A DNA stretch of 64,000 nt from Candidatus Eiseniibacteriota bacterium. GTDB taxonomy: Bacteria; Eisenbacteria; RBG-16-71-46; SZUA-252. Within the stretch, counting starts at the first letter, position 1. Each line of letters opens with the position of its first letter. Both the position numbers and the translations under genes were made by a program. The stretch is taken from positions 1,504,001 to 1,568,000 of the forward strand of contig OY969801.1 of NCBI GenBank assembly GCA_963703225.1, read 5' to 3'. This document shows, one piece after another, positions 18,162-27,514 of this stretch. A model generated the notes under the pieces. It saw only the letters and a list, made by a program, of their open reading frames with translations, was not told the origin of the DNA and searched no databases.

Positions 18162-19246
18162 GGGAAATAGCGGACGACCGCGGGTCCCAGTCGCTGGGAG
18201 AGCCAGAGCGGCATCCGCTTCCAGATCTGGATCGCGAGCGAAAACTTGGGGTTTCGCGGGCTCAGGTCCGGAAGGGACCGCTGCCTTACAAGCCGATACT
18301 GGTAATGGAGCGGCGTCGGCTCGAATCCCCAATGGCGCTTGAAGTCGTAGGCGCCGCTTCCCTTCTTGCTGCGGCCGAAATCGAAGACCCTGTACCCCTG
18401 CTCCATGCCGTGGCAGAGGAGGCTCCAGTACATGAAGTCGTTCACGGCGTAGCGGAACTCCTCTCTCCGCGCCCCGGCGTAATACGGAAGCACCTCTTGT
18501 CTGAAAAAGAAGGTCAGGACCGCGGCGACCGGGCGCCCTTGGCGACGGACGAGCAGGATCCGGCAGTCCGGGCCGAACTCGGCTAGAAGGAAAGAAAAGA
18601 GACGCCGTGGAAAGACCGGCGTCCCGAGGTTTCGTACGCTGTGCGAATAGAGCGCGTAAAAGGGGGCCAAGAGCTCCGCCCCTCCCACCTCCGAAGTGAG
18701 ACCGCTCTTGGTCCCGATGCGGATGCTCCGCCGCTGGTTTCTCGGGATCGCGGCCAGGTTCTCCTCGGCCGTCGGGAGAATGGCGCGACGAAACGTTACG
18801 TAGAGATCCTTTCCGGGCAGCCCCTCCAAGGGGGAGAGATTGCGAAACTCGATGAAGCGAACCCCGAGGCTCTCGCCGAGGGCTTCCGCGTGGCGGAGCA
18901 GCGCGTTTCGAGCGTCGGCGGCGTCGGCCACCGGCCCACCATAGACGGCCTGGGGCGCAGAGACGAGCGAGCTGCCCCACGGAAGCGTGGGCACGAGGAA
19001 AAGCGGGCAGACCCCCACCAGCCGGCCCCCGCGCCGCGCGGCGAGGCAGTAGGATCGGTAGCCGAATGTGCGCTCAACCGCTCGCTGCCAACCGGCGCGG
19101 TGGAAAAACGTCGCCCCAGCGTGGCTCGTGACAAAGTCGTCCCACTCGCCCCCGGCGTCCCGTAGCGCCGCGACTTCGATCGCCAGAGGCTGCGTTGTGT
19201 CGGGTACGCGCGACCCCGCGTCAGCGCCCACTGAGGAATTGGTCAA
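18158..19246 (-). CDS. FemAB-related acyltransferase, PEP-CTERM/XrtA-associated (TIGR03019-like)
   Basis: 'ATFFHRAGW', 'SVRNLGTPVFP', 'NDFMYW', 'FDFGRSKKGSGAYDFKRHWGF', 'PRNPKF'; start uncertain (about 19205-19315). Confidence 0.88.
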   Translation of the reverse strand: MTNSSVGADAGSRVPDTTQPLAIEVAALRDAGGEWDDFVTSHAGATFFHRAGWQRAVERTFGYRSYCLAARRGGRLVGVCPLFLVPTLPWGSSLVSAPQAVYGGPVADAADARNALLRHAEALGESLGVRFIEFRNLSPLEGLPGKDLYVTFRRAILPTAEENLAAIPRNQRRSIRIGTKSGLTSEVGGAELLAPFYALYSHSVRNLGTPVFPRRLFSFLLAEFGPDCRILLVRRQGRPVAAVLTFFFRQEVLPYYAGARREEFRYAVNDFMYWSLLCHGMEQGYRVFDFGRSKKGSGAYDFKRHWGFEPTPLHYQYRLVRQRSLPDLSPRNPKFSLAIQIWKRMPLWLSQRLGPAVVRYFP

Positions 19247-20168
19247 CGGTCCGCCGAAGGCCCTCCTCGAAGCCGGTCCCTGGCTGGAACGAAAACAACC
19301 GCCGTGCCTTCTCAATCGAAGCCTGGGAATGGAGCACGTCCCCCACCCGCGCCGGGCGGAATTCGGGGTCGCCCTTCCGACCCGTGATGCGTCCCAGGAC
19401 GTCGAGCAGCTCTCGAAGCGAGTAGCGCTCGCCGCATGCGATATTCACCGCTTCCCCGGAGCCCTCGCGGCACGAGGCCGCCTTGAGGTTCGCCTCGACG
19501 ACGTTGTCGATGTAGGTGAAGTCGCGGCTCTGGTGCCCGTCCCCGAACACGACCGGCCGGCGCCCTTCGAGGAGGGCCGTGATGAAGAGTGGAATGACGG
19601 CCGCGTACTGCGACGTTGGGTCCTGCCGAGGGCCGAACACATTGAAGTACCGGAGCGACACGGTGGAAAGCCCCAGCGTCAGCGCGAACACGCGCGCAAA
19701 TTGCTCCCCCGCGAGCTTGCTCGCCGCGTACGGCGAGAGGGGCGCGAGCGGCATCTCTTCGTGCTTGGGTAGGGTCGGCGTATCGCCGTAGACGGAGGAC
19801 GAGCTGGCCGAAACGACCCGCCGAACGCCCCGTTCACGCGAGGCGGCGAGCACGTTCACGGTGCCCACCACGTTCACCGCGGTCGTGTCCGAAGGGTTCT
19901 CCACCGACCGTTGGACCGACGCCAGTGCCGCCTGGTGAAACACGAACTCGGCCCCGTCGCAAGCGCGACGGCACGTCTCCCGATCGCGGATGTCTCCCTC
20001 GAGGAAGTCGAAGGCGCCCCCCCCGGCCGCGCGCAGGAAGTCGAGATTCTCGCGGCGGCCTGTCGAGAGATTGTCGAGAACCCGGACTTGATGGCCGTCA
20101 CGGAGGAGCCGAGCCGCGATGTGGGAGCCAATGAAGCCGGCCCCGCCCGTGACCAGATGGAGCGCCAC
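19221..20168 (-). CDS. NAD-dependent nucleotide-sugar 4-epimerase (WbpP-like SDR)
   Basis: GGAGFIGSH, 'SSSSVYG', YAASK, 'LRYFNVFGPRQDP', 'SRDFTYIDNVV'. Confidence 0.9.
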   Translation of the reverse strand: MALHLVTGGAGFIGSHIAARLLRDGHQVRVLDNLSTGRRENLDFLRAAGGGAFDFLEGDIRDRETCRRACDGAEFVFHQAALASVQRSVENPSDTTAVNVVGTVNVLAASRERGVRRVVSASSSSVYGDTPTLPKHEEMPLAPLSPYAASKLAGEQFARVFALTLGLSTVSLRYFNVFGPRQDPTSQYAAVIPLFITALLEGRRPVVFGDGHQSRDFTYIDNVVEANLKAASCREGSGEAVNIACGERYSLRELLDVLGRITGRKGDPEFRPARVGDVLHSQASIEKARRLFSFQPGTGFEEGLRRTVDQFLSGR

Positions 20169-20171
20169 GAG

Positions 20172-21500
20172 CTATAGCCGAAGGACGCCGCGGGTGCGGC
20201 GACCTTTGAGCGCGTTCCTGCAATCGACAATGGTGCGCGCGTGCCTGGAGACGAGGCCGAAATCGAACGATTTGTGGGCCGTGGCGATCACGACGCAGTC
20301 GGCGCCGCGGATCGTGCCTGGGCGAAACGGCACCGACCGTATGACCTTCCCGCCATGGCGGAGCGTCGGCACGTAGGGGTCGCAGTAGCTCACCTGAGCC
20401 CCCTCCTTCTCGAGGATCTCCATCAGATCGAGCGAGGGAGACTCTCGAACATCGTCGATATTGGCCTTGTAGGCGACGCCGAGGAGCAAGACGCGGGCCC
20501 CCCGAACGGAGCGCCGCCGGGCGTTGAGCGCGTCGGCGACAAGTCGGGCCACATGGTAGGGCATGCTGCCGTTCACTTGCCCCGCGAGCTCGATGAAACG
20601 GGCCTCAAAGCCGCTCTGCCGGGCCTTCCAGGACAGGTAGAACGGATCGACGGGGATGCAGTGCCCGCCCAATCCGGGCCCCGGGTAAAACGGCATGAAC
20701 CCGAACGGCTTGGTGGCCGCCGCGTCGATGACCTCCCACACATCGATGTTCAGCTTGTCGCACATCAGCGCGAGCTCGTTCACCATCCCGATGTTGACGC
20801 TGCGAAACGTGTTCTCGAGCAGCTTGACGGTTTCAGCCACCTGTGTCGAGGTGACCGGAACGACCTGCTCGAAGACCGAGCCGTACAGCGCGGACACGGC
20901 GCGCGTGCAGTCGGGCGTCGTGCCGCCGACCACCTTCGGGATATTTCGCGTGTGGAATTTCGGATTTCCCGGATCGATCCGCTCGGGCGAGAAGGCAAGG
21001 AAGAAGTCCTTCCCGGCCCGCATGCCGTGCTCCTCTAGGATCGGCCTCACCAATTCATCGGTGGTGCCCGGATAGGTCGTGCTCTCCAACACCACGAGTT
21101 GACCGCGCCGCAGGCGCGGCGCGATTTCGTGGACCGCCGCGATGATGTAGGACACGTCGGGGTCCTTGGTCTTGCGGAGCGGCGTGGGCACGCAGATTTC
21201 GATCGCGTCCATGGATTTCAGCTCGTCGAAGTCGAGCGTCGGATGCAGGCGCCCGGCGCGAACGTGATCCCGAATCTCCCCGGTCGGCACGTCCTGGATA
21301 TAAGAGCGACCTGCCTTGAGAATCCCGACGCGCTTCGCGTCGATTTCGAAGCCCGTCACCCGAAAGCCATCCTTGGCGAACTCGCTCGCGAGCGGAAGCC
21401 CGACATATCCCAGACCGATGACTCCGATCCGAGCCCTCCTGCTGGCGACCCGGCCCATGAATCGCCGGAGGGGACTCGCCGCCCGTCTTCGTGCAGCCAT
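20172..21500 (-). CDS. Nucleotide-sugar dehydrogenase (UDP-GlcNAc 6-dehydrogenase, WbpA-like)
   Basis: GLGYVGLP, 'CVPTP', 'ESTTYPGTT', 'SPERIDPGN', 'GPGLGGHCIPVDP'. Confidence 0.92.
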   Translation of the reverse strand: MAARRRAASPLRRFMGRVASRRARIGVIGLGYVGLPLASEFAKDGFRVTGFEIDAKRVGILKAGRSYIQDVPTGEIRDHVRAGRLHPTLDFDELKSMDAIEICVPTPLRKTKDPDVSYIIAAVHEIAPRLRRGQLVVLESTTYPGTTDELVRPILEEHGMRAGKDFFLAFSPERIDPGNPKFHTRNIPKVVGGTTPDCTRAVSALYGSVFEQVVPVTSTQVAETVKLLENTFRSVNIGMVNELALMCDKLNIDVWEVIDAAATKPFGFMPFYPGPGLGGHCIPVDPFYLSWKARQSGFEARFIELAGQVNGSMPYHVARLVADALNARRRSVRGARVLLLGVAYKANIDDVRESPSLDLMEILEKEGAQVSYCDPYVPTLRHGGKVIRSVPFRPGTIRGADCVVIATAHKSFDFGLVSRHARTIVDCRNALKGRRTRGVLRL

Positions 21501-22297
21501 CAGTTTCCTCCTCGGGTGTCGTTCGCGGGCTTCCGGCCGTCCTGCTCCGGTGGCCGGACCTTTCCGGTCCGGCGGGTCCGTGATGGCCTGGGTTCGTCAT
21601 AGCCGTAGTAGCGGTAGTTGAAGTAATAGGGCAGCCCATCCACCGCGTTATTGAGGACCACCCCGGCGATCTTGTCCGTCACGGGAGCCAAGATTTGCAT
21701 CGATCTCCGCACCATGGCCAAGGGGGTCCTCCCCGCCAGCGCGACGACCAGAATCGCATCGACATGGTCCGCCATGAGGATCGGCTCGATGGCGGGGACG
21801 GTGGGCGGTGCGTCGACGAAAATCACGTCGTAATTTGGGCGAAGCTCTTGGAGCAGCCGATGAAATTCCCCTTCAACGTACCAATCGCCGATCGCCTCCC
21901 TGGGGTAGCCGCTCGGGATCACCCAAAGGTCCTGCATCGACGTCGGCCGGACTGCATCCTGGATCGCGGCCCTCCCCCGCATGACCTCGAATAGGCCGGG
22001 GCCGCGACTGACCCCCAGCAGCGAGTGGATGGTGGGGCGGTGAAGATCGCCATCCACGAGGAGCGTGCGCTTGTGGAAGATCCGTGCGGATACGATCGCC
22101 ATGAGCGCGCAAATCGTGCTCTTCCCTTCCCCTCTCGTCGCGCTCGTCACCATGTAGGACCGCATCTCCGTCGTCGCGCTCCTCTGCTGACGGTAGAGGT
22201 TTTGCAGAAGGCGGCGCATTTCATTCACGTAGGGTGCGTCTATGACAAGTCCGTCCAGGAGATTCTTTCGTGCGCGCTTGCGAAGGAACAAGGGCAC
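21500..22297 (-). CDS. CpsD/CapB family bacterial tyrosine kinase (cytoplasmic half of split Wzc)
   Basis: Walker A 'SATRGEGKS', 'LLVDGDLHRP', Walker B 'IFVDAPP', C-terminal Tyr cluster 'YYFNYRYYGY'. Confidence 0.9.
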   Translation of the reverse strand: MPLFLRKRARKNLLDGLVIDAPYVNEMRRLLQNLYRQQRSATTEMRSYMVTSATRGEGKSTICALMAIVSARIFHKRTLLVDGDLHRPTIHSLLGVSRGPGLFEVMRGRAAIQDAVRPTSMQDLWVIPSGYPREAIGDWYVEGEFHRLLQELRPNYDVIFVDAPPTVPAIEPILMADHVDAILVVALAGRTPLAMVRRSMQILAPVTDKIAGVVLNNAVDGLPYYFNYRYYGYDEPRPSRTRRTGKVRPPEQDGRKPANDTRGGN

Positions 22298-22300
22298 CGC

Positions 22301-23953
22301 CTACTGCCGTAGGCCCAGTATTTGGCTCTTCGTGGGCTGATGTTCCGGCGAATGGGCGTCGAACGCGAAGACGAGGCCCGTCAAGAGCACGACAAGAAGA
22401 ACTGCCAGAGCGGCCCAGTGATTCTGGAGGTAGGACCCTGGAGGGGACCATCCCTCGATACGCGGAACCGTGCCGAGCACACGATGGCCGTACTCGGTCT
22501 CAGCCTGCTCCAGGGTCCGCAGTACGGAGGCGAGGCGTTCCCCTCCGAAGACGATGCCGGCGCCGATCAGAGGTCCGAGCAGAGCCGCCATTCCGAAGAT
22601 CTTGCGCGGTTTGGGGGAGGAGGGCTGGATCGCGAGGAGCGGATGCTCCACGATCTCGAGCCGCGGCCCCAGCTCGCTGCTGGCCAGCGCCTCCGACATC
22701 CGCGACGATGTCGCCTGCTGGCGGAGCGTCGCCAGGAAGTCGCGGCTCGTCTCCACATCCTGCTTGAGCCGCTGCAGCTCCAATTCGTCCCGCGGTGAGC
22801 CCTCGACGATCTTCAAATAGGTCGCGATCTCGGATGCGACGCGGTCCCTCCTGTCGGCCAGGGAGCGCAGGACGGCCCGGTCCAGAGCGATCCCTGCCGC
22901 CGCGGCGCGCGCATCCCCGGAAAGGTTTCCAGGGAGAGTCTGTGAGAGCTGCTCGAGGTTCATGAATAGAGATTGGCGGGCGGAAGCGATACGCCCCTGC
23001 ATGGCATTGGTTTCCGGATTGTTTTCCGACTCGGCTCGCAGCAAAGCGAGCGCATAGCTGATCTCCAGCTCCCCGAGCTGGTTCACGGCGTCGGCCACCG
23101 CCTGACTGCGCAGCTCAGGGACGGGAACATCGGCCACCGTCGCCCGCCACTCGTTCCTCGCCGTCTGGATCCGCGCGTTGACTTGCTCCATCGCATCCTC
23201 TGTGGAGCGCTGGAGGCTCCGAGCGATCGGCAGGTTCTGGTCCGTGATGATCCCCAACGAGAACCCCTTGCGCAGTCTGGACTCCTGGAAGTCGCGCAGC
23301 GCTTCTTCGGACTTCCTCAGCCGATCCTCGTATACGGCGATTTGGTCGCTGCTGAACTCGCCGCGCGCCTGGACCCGCTCGAGCGTGGAGAGGCGGCTTT
23401 CGTCGATGAGGACATCGCCGATCATCTCGGCGAGCTGGCGGGCAACCTCGGGATCGGCGTCCAGCGTCGCGATCTGGATGAGCGACGCGCGCCCAGGCGT
23501 GACGCTGATCTTGTCTCCAAGGATGGAGACCGACATCCGCATGGCGTAGTCTTCGGGCGTGATCCCCTTCCATCTCTGGGCGGCAAGCCTCGCCTTCTGG
23601 AGGAGCGCCGGATTTCGATTCATCCCGAGCCGCTCGACGAGAATGCTCAGAAAGGCGCGGCTGTGGATCTTGCTGTCCACCAGCGTGACCCGATCTCGCG
23701 GGTTGGGCCGCTCCATCACCGCGCCCACGAGAGGATCGATGGCGGGCGAAGCCTGGCCGCTTCCATCCACGGAGATGACAATCTGAGATGAGTAAAGACG
23801 GGTGCTGTACTTGTAATAAACCGCGGCGCTGCAAAGACAGAAGATGATCGGCAGGACGACGAGCCAGCCACGCCGCCGTATCTTCCAAACCAGATCTCGG
23901 AGATCGATGGCGGGTTCTTGCGGCTCCACAAACTGTCCCTGAGAGGATTTCAA
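22301..23953 (-). CDS. Polysaccharide co-polymerase / chain-length determinant (Wzz/GumC-type)
   Basis: 'IDLRDL' followed by a TM, long coiled coil, 'PSSPKP' before further TMs, 'VLGTVP'. Confidence 0.85.
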   Translation of the reverse strand: MKSSQGQFVEPQEPAIDLRDLVWKIRRRGWLVVLPIIFCLCSAAVYYKYSTRLYSSQIVISVDGSGQASPAIDPLVGAVMERPNPRDRVTLVDSKIHSRAFLSILVERLGMNRNPALLQKARLAAQRWKGITPEDYAMRMSVSILGDKISVTPGRASLIQIATLDADPEVARQLAEMIGDVLIDESRLSTLERVQARGEFSSDQIAVYEDRLRKSEEALRDFQESRLRKGFSLGIITDQNLPIARSLQRSTEDAMEQVNARIQTARNEWRATVADVPVPELRSQAVADAVNQLGELEISYALALLRAESENNPETNAMQGRIASARQSLFMNLEQLSQTLPGNLSGDARAAAAGIALDRAVLRSLADRRDRVASEIATYLKIVEGSPRDELELQRLKQDVETSRDFLATLRQQATSSRMSEALASSELGPRLEIVEHPLLAIQPSSPKPRKIFGMAALLGPLIGAGIVFGGERLASVLRTLEQAETEYGHRVLGTVPRIEGWSPPGSYLQNHWAALAVLLVVLLTGLVFAFDAHSPEHQPTKSQILGLRQ

Positions 23954-24924
23954 TTGTGGGTCAGGATAGCGATCGAGGTCGCGATGCCGAGCAGGACGCC
24001 CATGACACGCAGATAATCTCTACCGCCAGACCTTCTCGGGAGATAGACGGTGTCGCCTGCCTGGAGCAGAGGATTGCCCGCGAGGCTGGCGTCCCCCAGG
24101 TAGTCACTCATGTTGACTCTCATGCTCACAACGCGCTGCCCGCTCCTGCGTACGATTTCCACGCGCTCGAGGTTCGCATCGATCGCCGGAGCGGACCGGA
24201 TGAGGGCCCGCACCAGGTCCGAGGACTCGCTGAGCGGCTGCGACCCTTGTGCCCCGACGGCGCCGAACACGTACACGACGTCGGAGGGGGTGCCCTTCAC
24301 GCTGCTGCCTCGCGGAACCCGGACGGTCTCCCCCGGCTTCAGGCGCGGCAGGGTGCTGAGGTCCCCCGTCCGCACCGCCACGCCCAGGTCGACGATCGTC
24401 GGAGTGATCTGAGACTCCGAAAAGATCTGCACCGCCGACAGGTCGGCGTCGTCCGAGGCGCCCCCCGCGGCGGAGATGGCCTCCCAGACGGTGGGAGACT
24501 TGGAGAACGAATAGGACCCCGGAAGGAGGACCGCTCCGAGCACGAAATTCTTGCGGCGGTAGGCCTGCAGGACGGTGACGGTTACTTGTGGAATATCCCG
24601 CGAGATCAGCGAGACCCGACGCGAGATGTCCGTGCCGAGCTCGGTGGTCGTCCGCCCATCGGCCGAGACGTAACCGAGGGAAGGGAGATTGATCCCGCCC
24701 TCCTTGTCGACCGTGTACTGGCCCGAAATATCGTTTCGCCCCACGATGTCGACCTGAAGGACGTCTCCCGCGACGATGCGGTACCCACGGGAGCTGGGAG
24801 GGGTTTCGGAGCGCGCGTCGGCTGCCAAGCCCGAGAGAAGAAGGATGCCGAACGCCGGCGCACGCAGGAGGCCCAGGAACTTCCCCCATCCCTGGAACGG
24901 ACTCGGTACTCGATCCGATTTCAT
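23950..24924 (-). CDS. Polysaccharide export protein, Poly_export + SLBB domains (Wza-like)
   Basis: 'YRIVAGDVLQVDI...VDKEGGINLPSLG', SLBB repeats, 'LQAGDTVYLP'; start placed downstream of the promoter at 24954-24982 (ATG 24942 or 24924). Confidence 0.85.
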   Translation of the reverse strand: MKSDRVPSPFQGWGKFLGLLRAPAFGILLLSGLAADARSETPPSSRGYRIVAGDVLQVDIVGRNDISGQYTVDKEGGINLPSLGYVSADGRTTTELGTDISRRVSLISRDIPQVTVTVLQAYRRKNFVLGAVLLPGSYSFSKSPTVWEAISAAGGASDDADLSAVQIFSESQITPTIVDLGVAVRTGDLSTLPRLKPGETVRVPRGSSVKGTPSDVVYVFGAVGAQGSQPLSESSDLVRALIRSAPAIDANLERVEIVRRSGQRVVSMRVNMSDYLGDASLAGNPLLQAGDTVYLPRRSGGRDYLRVMGVLLGIATSIAILTHN

Positions 24925-24953
24925 AAGCACGTCTAGGTACATGGACTTACACG

Positions 24954-24982
24954 AGTCTACCATCGGCTCCCGTGGGTGTCAA
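24954..24982 (-). promoter_or_regulatory. Sigma70 promoter for the wza-wzc operon (TTGACA-17-TAGACT, extended TG)
   Basis: Consensus -35 TTGACA (24982-24977), 17-bp spacer, TGg-TAGACT (24959-24954). Confidence 0.7.
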
Positions 24983-26085
24983 TCGACCGCAAGGAATCGC
25001 TCCAGGGTCGTCGCGATTCTTTCGCCTGCCCGGCCGTCCCACAACGCCGGGCACCTGGGTCCAACCCCGCCTCCCCGTAAGATCTCCTCCGCGGCGGGGA
25101 GGATCGAGGCCGGATCGGATCCCAGAAGCCGGTTCGTCCCTTCGGTGATCGTGATCGGGCGCTCGGTGTTCGCCCTCAGGGTGAGGCAGGGCACGCCGAG
25201 CGCGGTGGTCTCCTCCTGGATTCCTCCGCTGTCCGTGACCAGGAACCGCGCCGTGGCCATGAGGCTCAGGAAGTCCAGATAGCCGAGCGGATCGGTCAGG
25301 CGAAGGTTCCCTGTCGGCTTGAATCCGCTCTGCTTCATCCGAGCCTGGGTGCGAGGGTGGACCGGGAACAGGACCGGCAGCCGGGTCGAGAGGTCCTGAA
25401 GCGCCCGGAGGATGCCGCCGAGCGAGCCCGCATCGTCCACATTGCTCGGCCGGTGGAGCGTGACCAGCACGTAGCCTTGCGCCGCGAGCCCAAGCCGTTC
25501 CGCGGTCTTCCTCGCTCGGGCCGCCGGGAGGTGGCGGCGGAGCGTATCGATCATCGGATTTCCGACGAGGTGGACCCTCGAGGAAGGGATGCCCTCGGCC
25601 CGGAGGTTTTCGACCGCGTCGGGTGACGTCGCGAAGAGCAGCTCGGAGACCGCGTCCGTGACCAGGCGGTTGATCTCCTCGGGCATGCTCCAATCGCGAC
25701 TCCGAAGCCCTGCCTCCACGTGCGCCACCGGGATTCCGCGCTTGACGGCCACAAGGCTGCACGCGACGGTGGAGTTGACGTCCCCCACCACCACGACCAA
25801 TCCGGCGTCGCGTCCGGCGAGAAGCTCGTCGAACGCGATCATGATGCGCCCCGTCTGGCGGCCGTGCGTGTCGCTGCCCACTTCGAGATCGTGGTCGGGC
25901 TGCGGCAGGCCGAGCTCGGTGAAGAAAACCCGCGACATCTCCTCGTCATAGTGCTGGCCCGTGTGCACCAGGAACGGGCGAATCGAAGGGTAGGCCCTCA
26001 GCGCTTCCAAGATCGGCGCCATCTTCATGAAGTTGGGCCGCGCGCCCACGACGCAGACGATCTCTCGGCTCACGGTCTTCCCCAT
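24979..26085 (-). CDS. wecB: UDP-N-acetylglucosamine 2-epimerase (non-hydrolysing)
   Basis: 'GARPNFMK', 'HTGQHYD', 'HVEAGLRS', 'TDSGGIQEE', 'NTERP'. Confidence 0.95.
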   Translation of the reverse strand: MGKTVSREIVCVVGARPNFMKMAPILEALRAYPSIRPFLVHTGQHYDEEMSRVFFTELGLPQPDHDLEVGSDTHGRQTGRIMIAFDELLAGRDAGLVVVVGDVNSTVACSLVAVKRGIPVAHVEAGLRSRDWSMPEEINRLVTDAVSELLFATSPDAVENLRAEGIPSSRVHLVGNPMIDTLRRHLPAARARKTAERLGLAAQGYVLVTLHRPSNVDDAGSLGGILRALQDLSTRLPVLFPVHPRTQARMKQSGFKPTGNLRLTDPLGYLDFLSLMATARFLVTDSGGIQEETTALGVPCLTLRANTERPITITEGTNRLLGSDPASILPAAEEILRGGGVGPRCPALWDGRAGERIATTLERFLAVD

Positions 26086-26804
26086 CCGGATGCTCCCGCC
26101 CAGAATCCGATCGCCGAAGCGATCAAGGAGACCATCGCGTTCCTCCCGAAGTGTCCCAGCCGCCTTCCGGGCGGCGTGGCGGCGATCCCGCTTTCGAAGA
26201 GCGACGCGACGAACCCCGCGAGGGTGGCGATGCCCCAGGGTACGACGCCAACGATGAGGCCGGAGAGAATCCCCCCCGAAGCCACCGCGGCCGCGCCGAC
26301 GGCCGAGGCCGCGAGCCCCGTCGCGCTGACCGCGCCGGGCGTGCCGTGCGGCATGCGGCGGAGCCGAAGTCCGTGGAGCCCCATCGCGTGACCGCTGCCG
26401 AGCGGGCCAACCTCGGTCCCACTTGTGTCCGCGAGCGCGCCCGCGAGGGCGGATGCGTAGGCCAGCGAGAGCGCATAGCCATCGTTCGTGAGTAGTCCCG
26501 CGATGCCGAGCAGAGCGGGGATTCCGAGCTTCGCCGCCACGTGGCTCACACCACGCCGCCCCTGATTCGCCTCCGCGGCGCCGGCAGCCAGCTTCCTCGC
26601 TCGGCCCAGCCGCGTGAGCGCGCCCCCCACCAGCACGAAGATCGCGAGCGGCAAGAGCGCGCCTGGTCCCAGGCCAAGGATCGCGAAAACCGCGACGCCC
26701 AGGCCGGCGATCGCCCCGGCCCTGGTCCCCTGACCGGTGGTGCCCACGATCAAGGCGCCCACCACGGCGAGCGCGATCGCGGCGGCCGTCGGGGGCAACG
26801 TCAT
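26070..26804 (-). CDS. DUF92 family membrane protein (VTE6/TMEM19-like)
   Basis: 'RRGVSHVAAK', 'LADTSGTEVG', 'GTPGAVSATG', 'ESGI'; many TMs. Confidence 0.8.
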   Translation of the reverse strand: MTLPPTAAAIALAVVGALIVGTTGQGTRAGAIAGLGVAVFAILGLGPGALLPLAIFVLVGGALTRLGRARKLAAGAAEANQGRRGVSHVAAKLGIPALLGIAGLLTNDGYALSLAYASALAGALADTSGTEVGPLGSGHAMGLHGLRLRRMPHGTPGAVSATGLAASAVGAAAVASGGILSGLIVGVVPWGIATLAGFVASLFESGIAATPPGRRLGHFGRNAMVSLIASAIGFWAGASGWGRP

Positions 26805-26808
26805 CGCC

Positions 26809-27479
26809 TCAGCCCAGGAGCCGATAGACCAGGGCGACCGCGAGCGGGATGGTCACGTTGTCCCAGCCGGACGGTGTGAGACACTCCGCCGCGGCCCCCG
26901 CGAAACCGCATGCTACTCCCATCCGCCACGCGAATGCTCCGCCCTCCTGGTTCGGAGGCGATCAACCCCACCCCGAGCGCGGCCATCACAAAGAACGCCG
27001 CCGATCCTTCGAGGGTGCGGCCGTGCCCAAAGCCCCGAAAGCTCCGTTGGCCATAGCGGGAGCCGACCATCGCGGCCACGGGATCGGCAAACGCGAGCGC
27101 CGCCAGGCCGGCCAGGATCGCGCGCCGTCCCGCTTTCCTCCCAGAAGAAGACGTACGTGAGCAGAACGCCGAGCGGAAAGGTCCAGAGCCCGCGCGCCTC
27201 CCAGGCAGTCGCGGCCATGTCCCGGCAGGAGGGCGCGAACCTTCCCGGACGCGTTCACCACGCCAAAGAGGACGGGAGGCACCACCGCCCAGCCGACATG
27301 CTGAAAGTGGGGCGTCACGAGGAGCGTCCAGGCCCCCACCGCGGCGTGGAGCGCTTTCCGCAACGCCGACGCCGAGACGCGTCCCGGCGCGGCCCAGCGC
27401 GCGCGTGGCGAAAACGAGGAGCGGAGACGACGAGAAGGGAGAGAATTACCAGCGCGGGATCGTGGAGCATTGCGGACAC
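26809..27479 (-). pseudogene. Dolichol/phytol (polyprenol) kinase family (SEC59/VTE5-like), broken by several frameshifts as assembled
   Basis: Motifs split across frames: 'LRKALH', 'LAFADPVAAMVGSRYG', 'RTLEGSAAFF', 'GWDNVTIP'; at least 5 frame changes; probably sequence errors rather than true decay. Confidence 0.75.
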
Positions 27480-27485
27480 GGGCCG

Positions 27486-27514
27486 ACTCTAGCCGGGCGT
27501 ACCGGGGGAGTCAA
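27486..27514 (-). promoter_or_regulatory. Putative sigma70 promoter (TTGACT-17-TAGAGT) for kinase-DUF92-wecB
   Basis: -35 at 27514-27509, -10 at 27491-27486; GTG at 27479 falls near the predicted +1. Confidence 0.5.
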
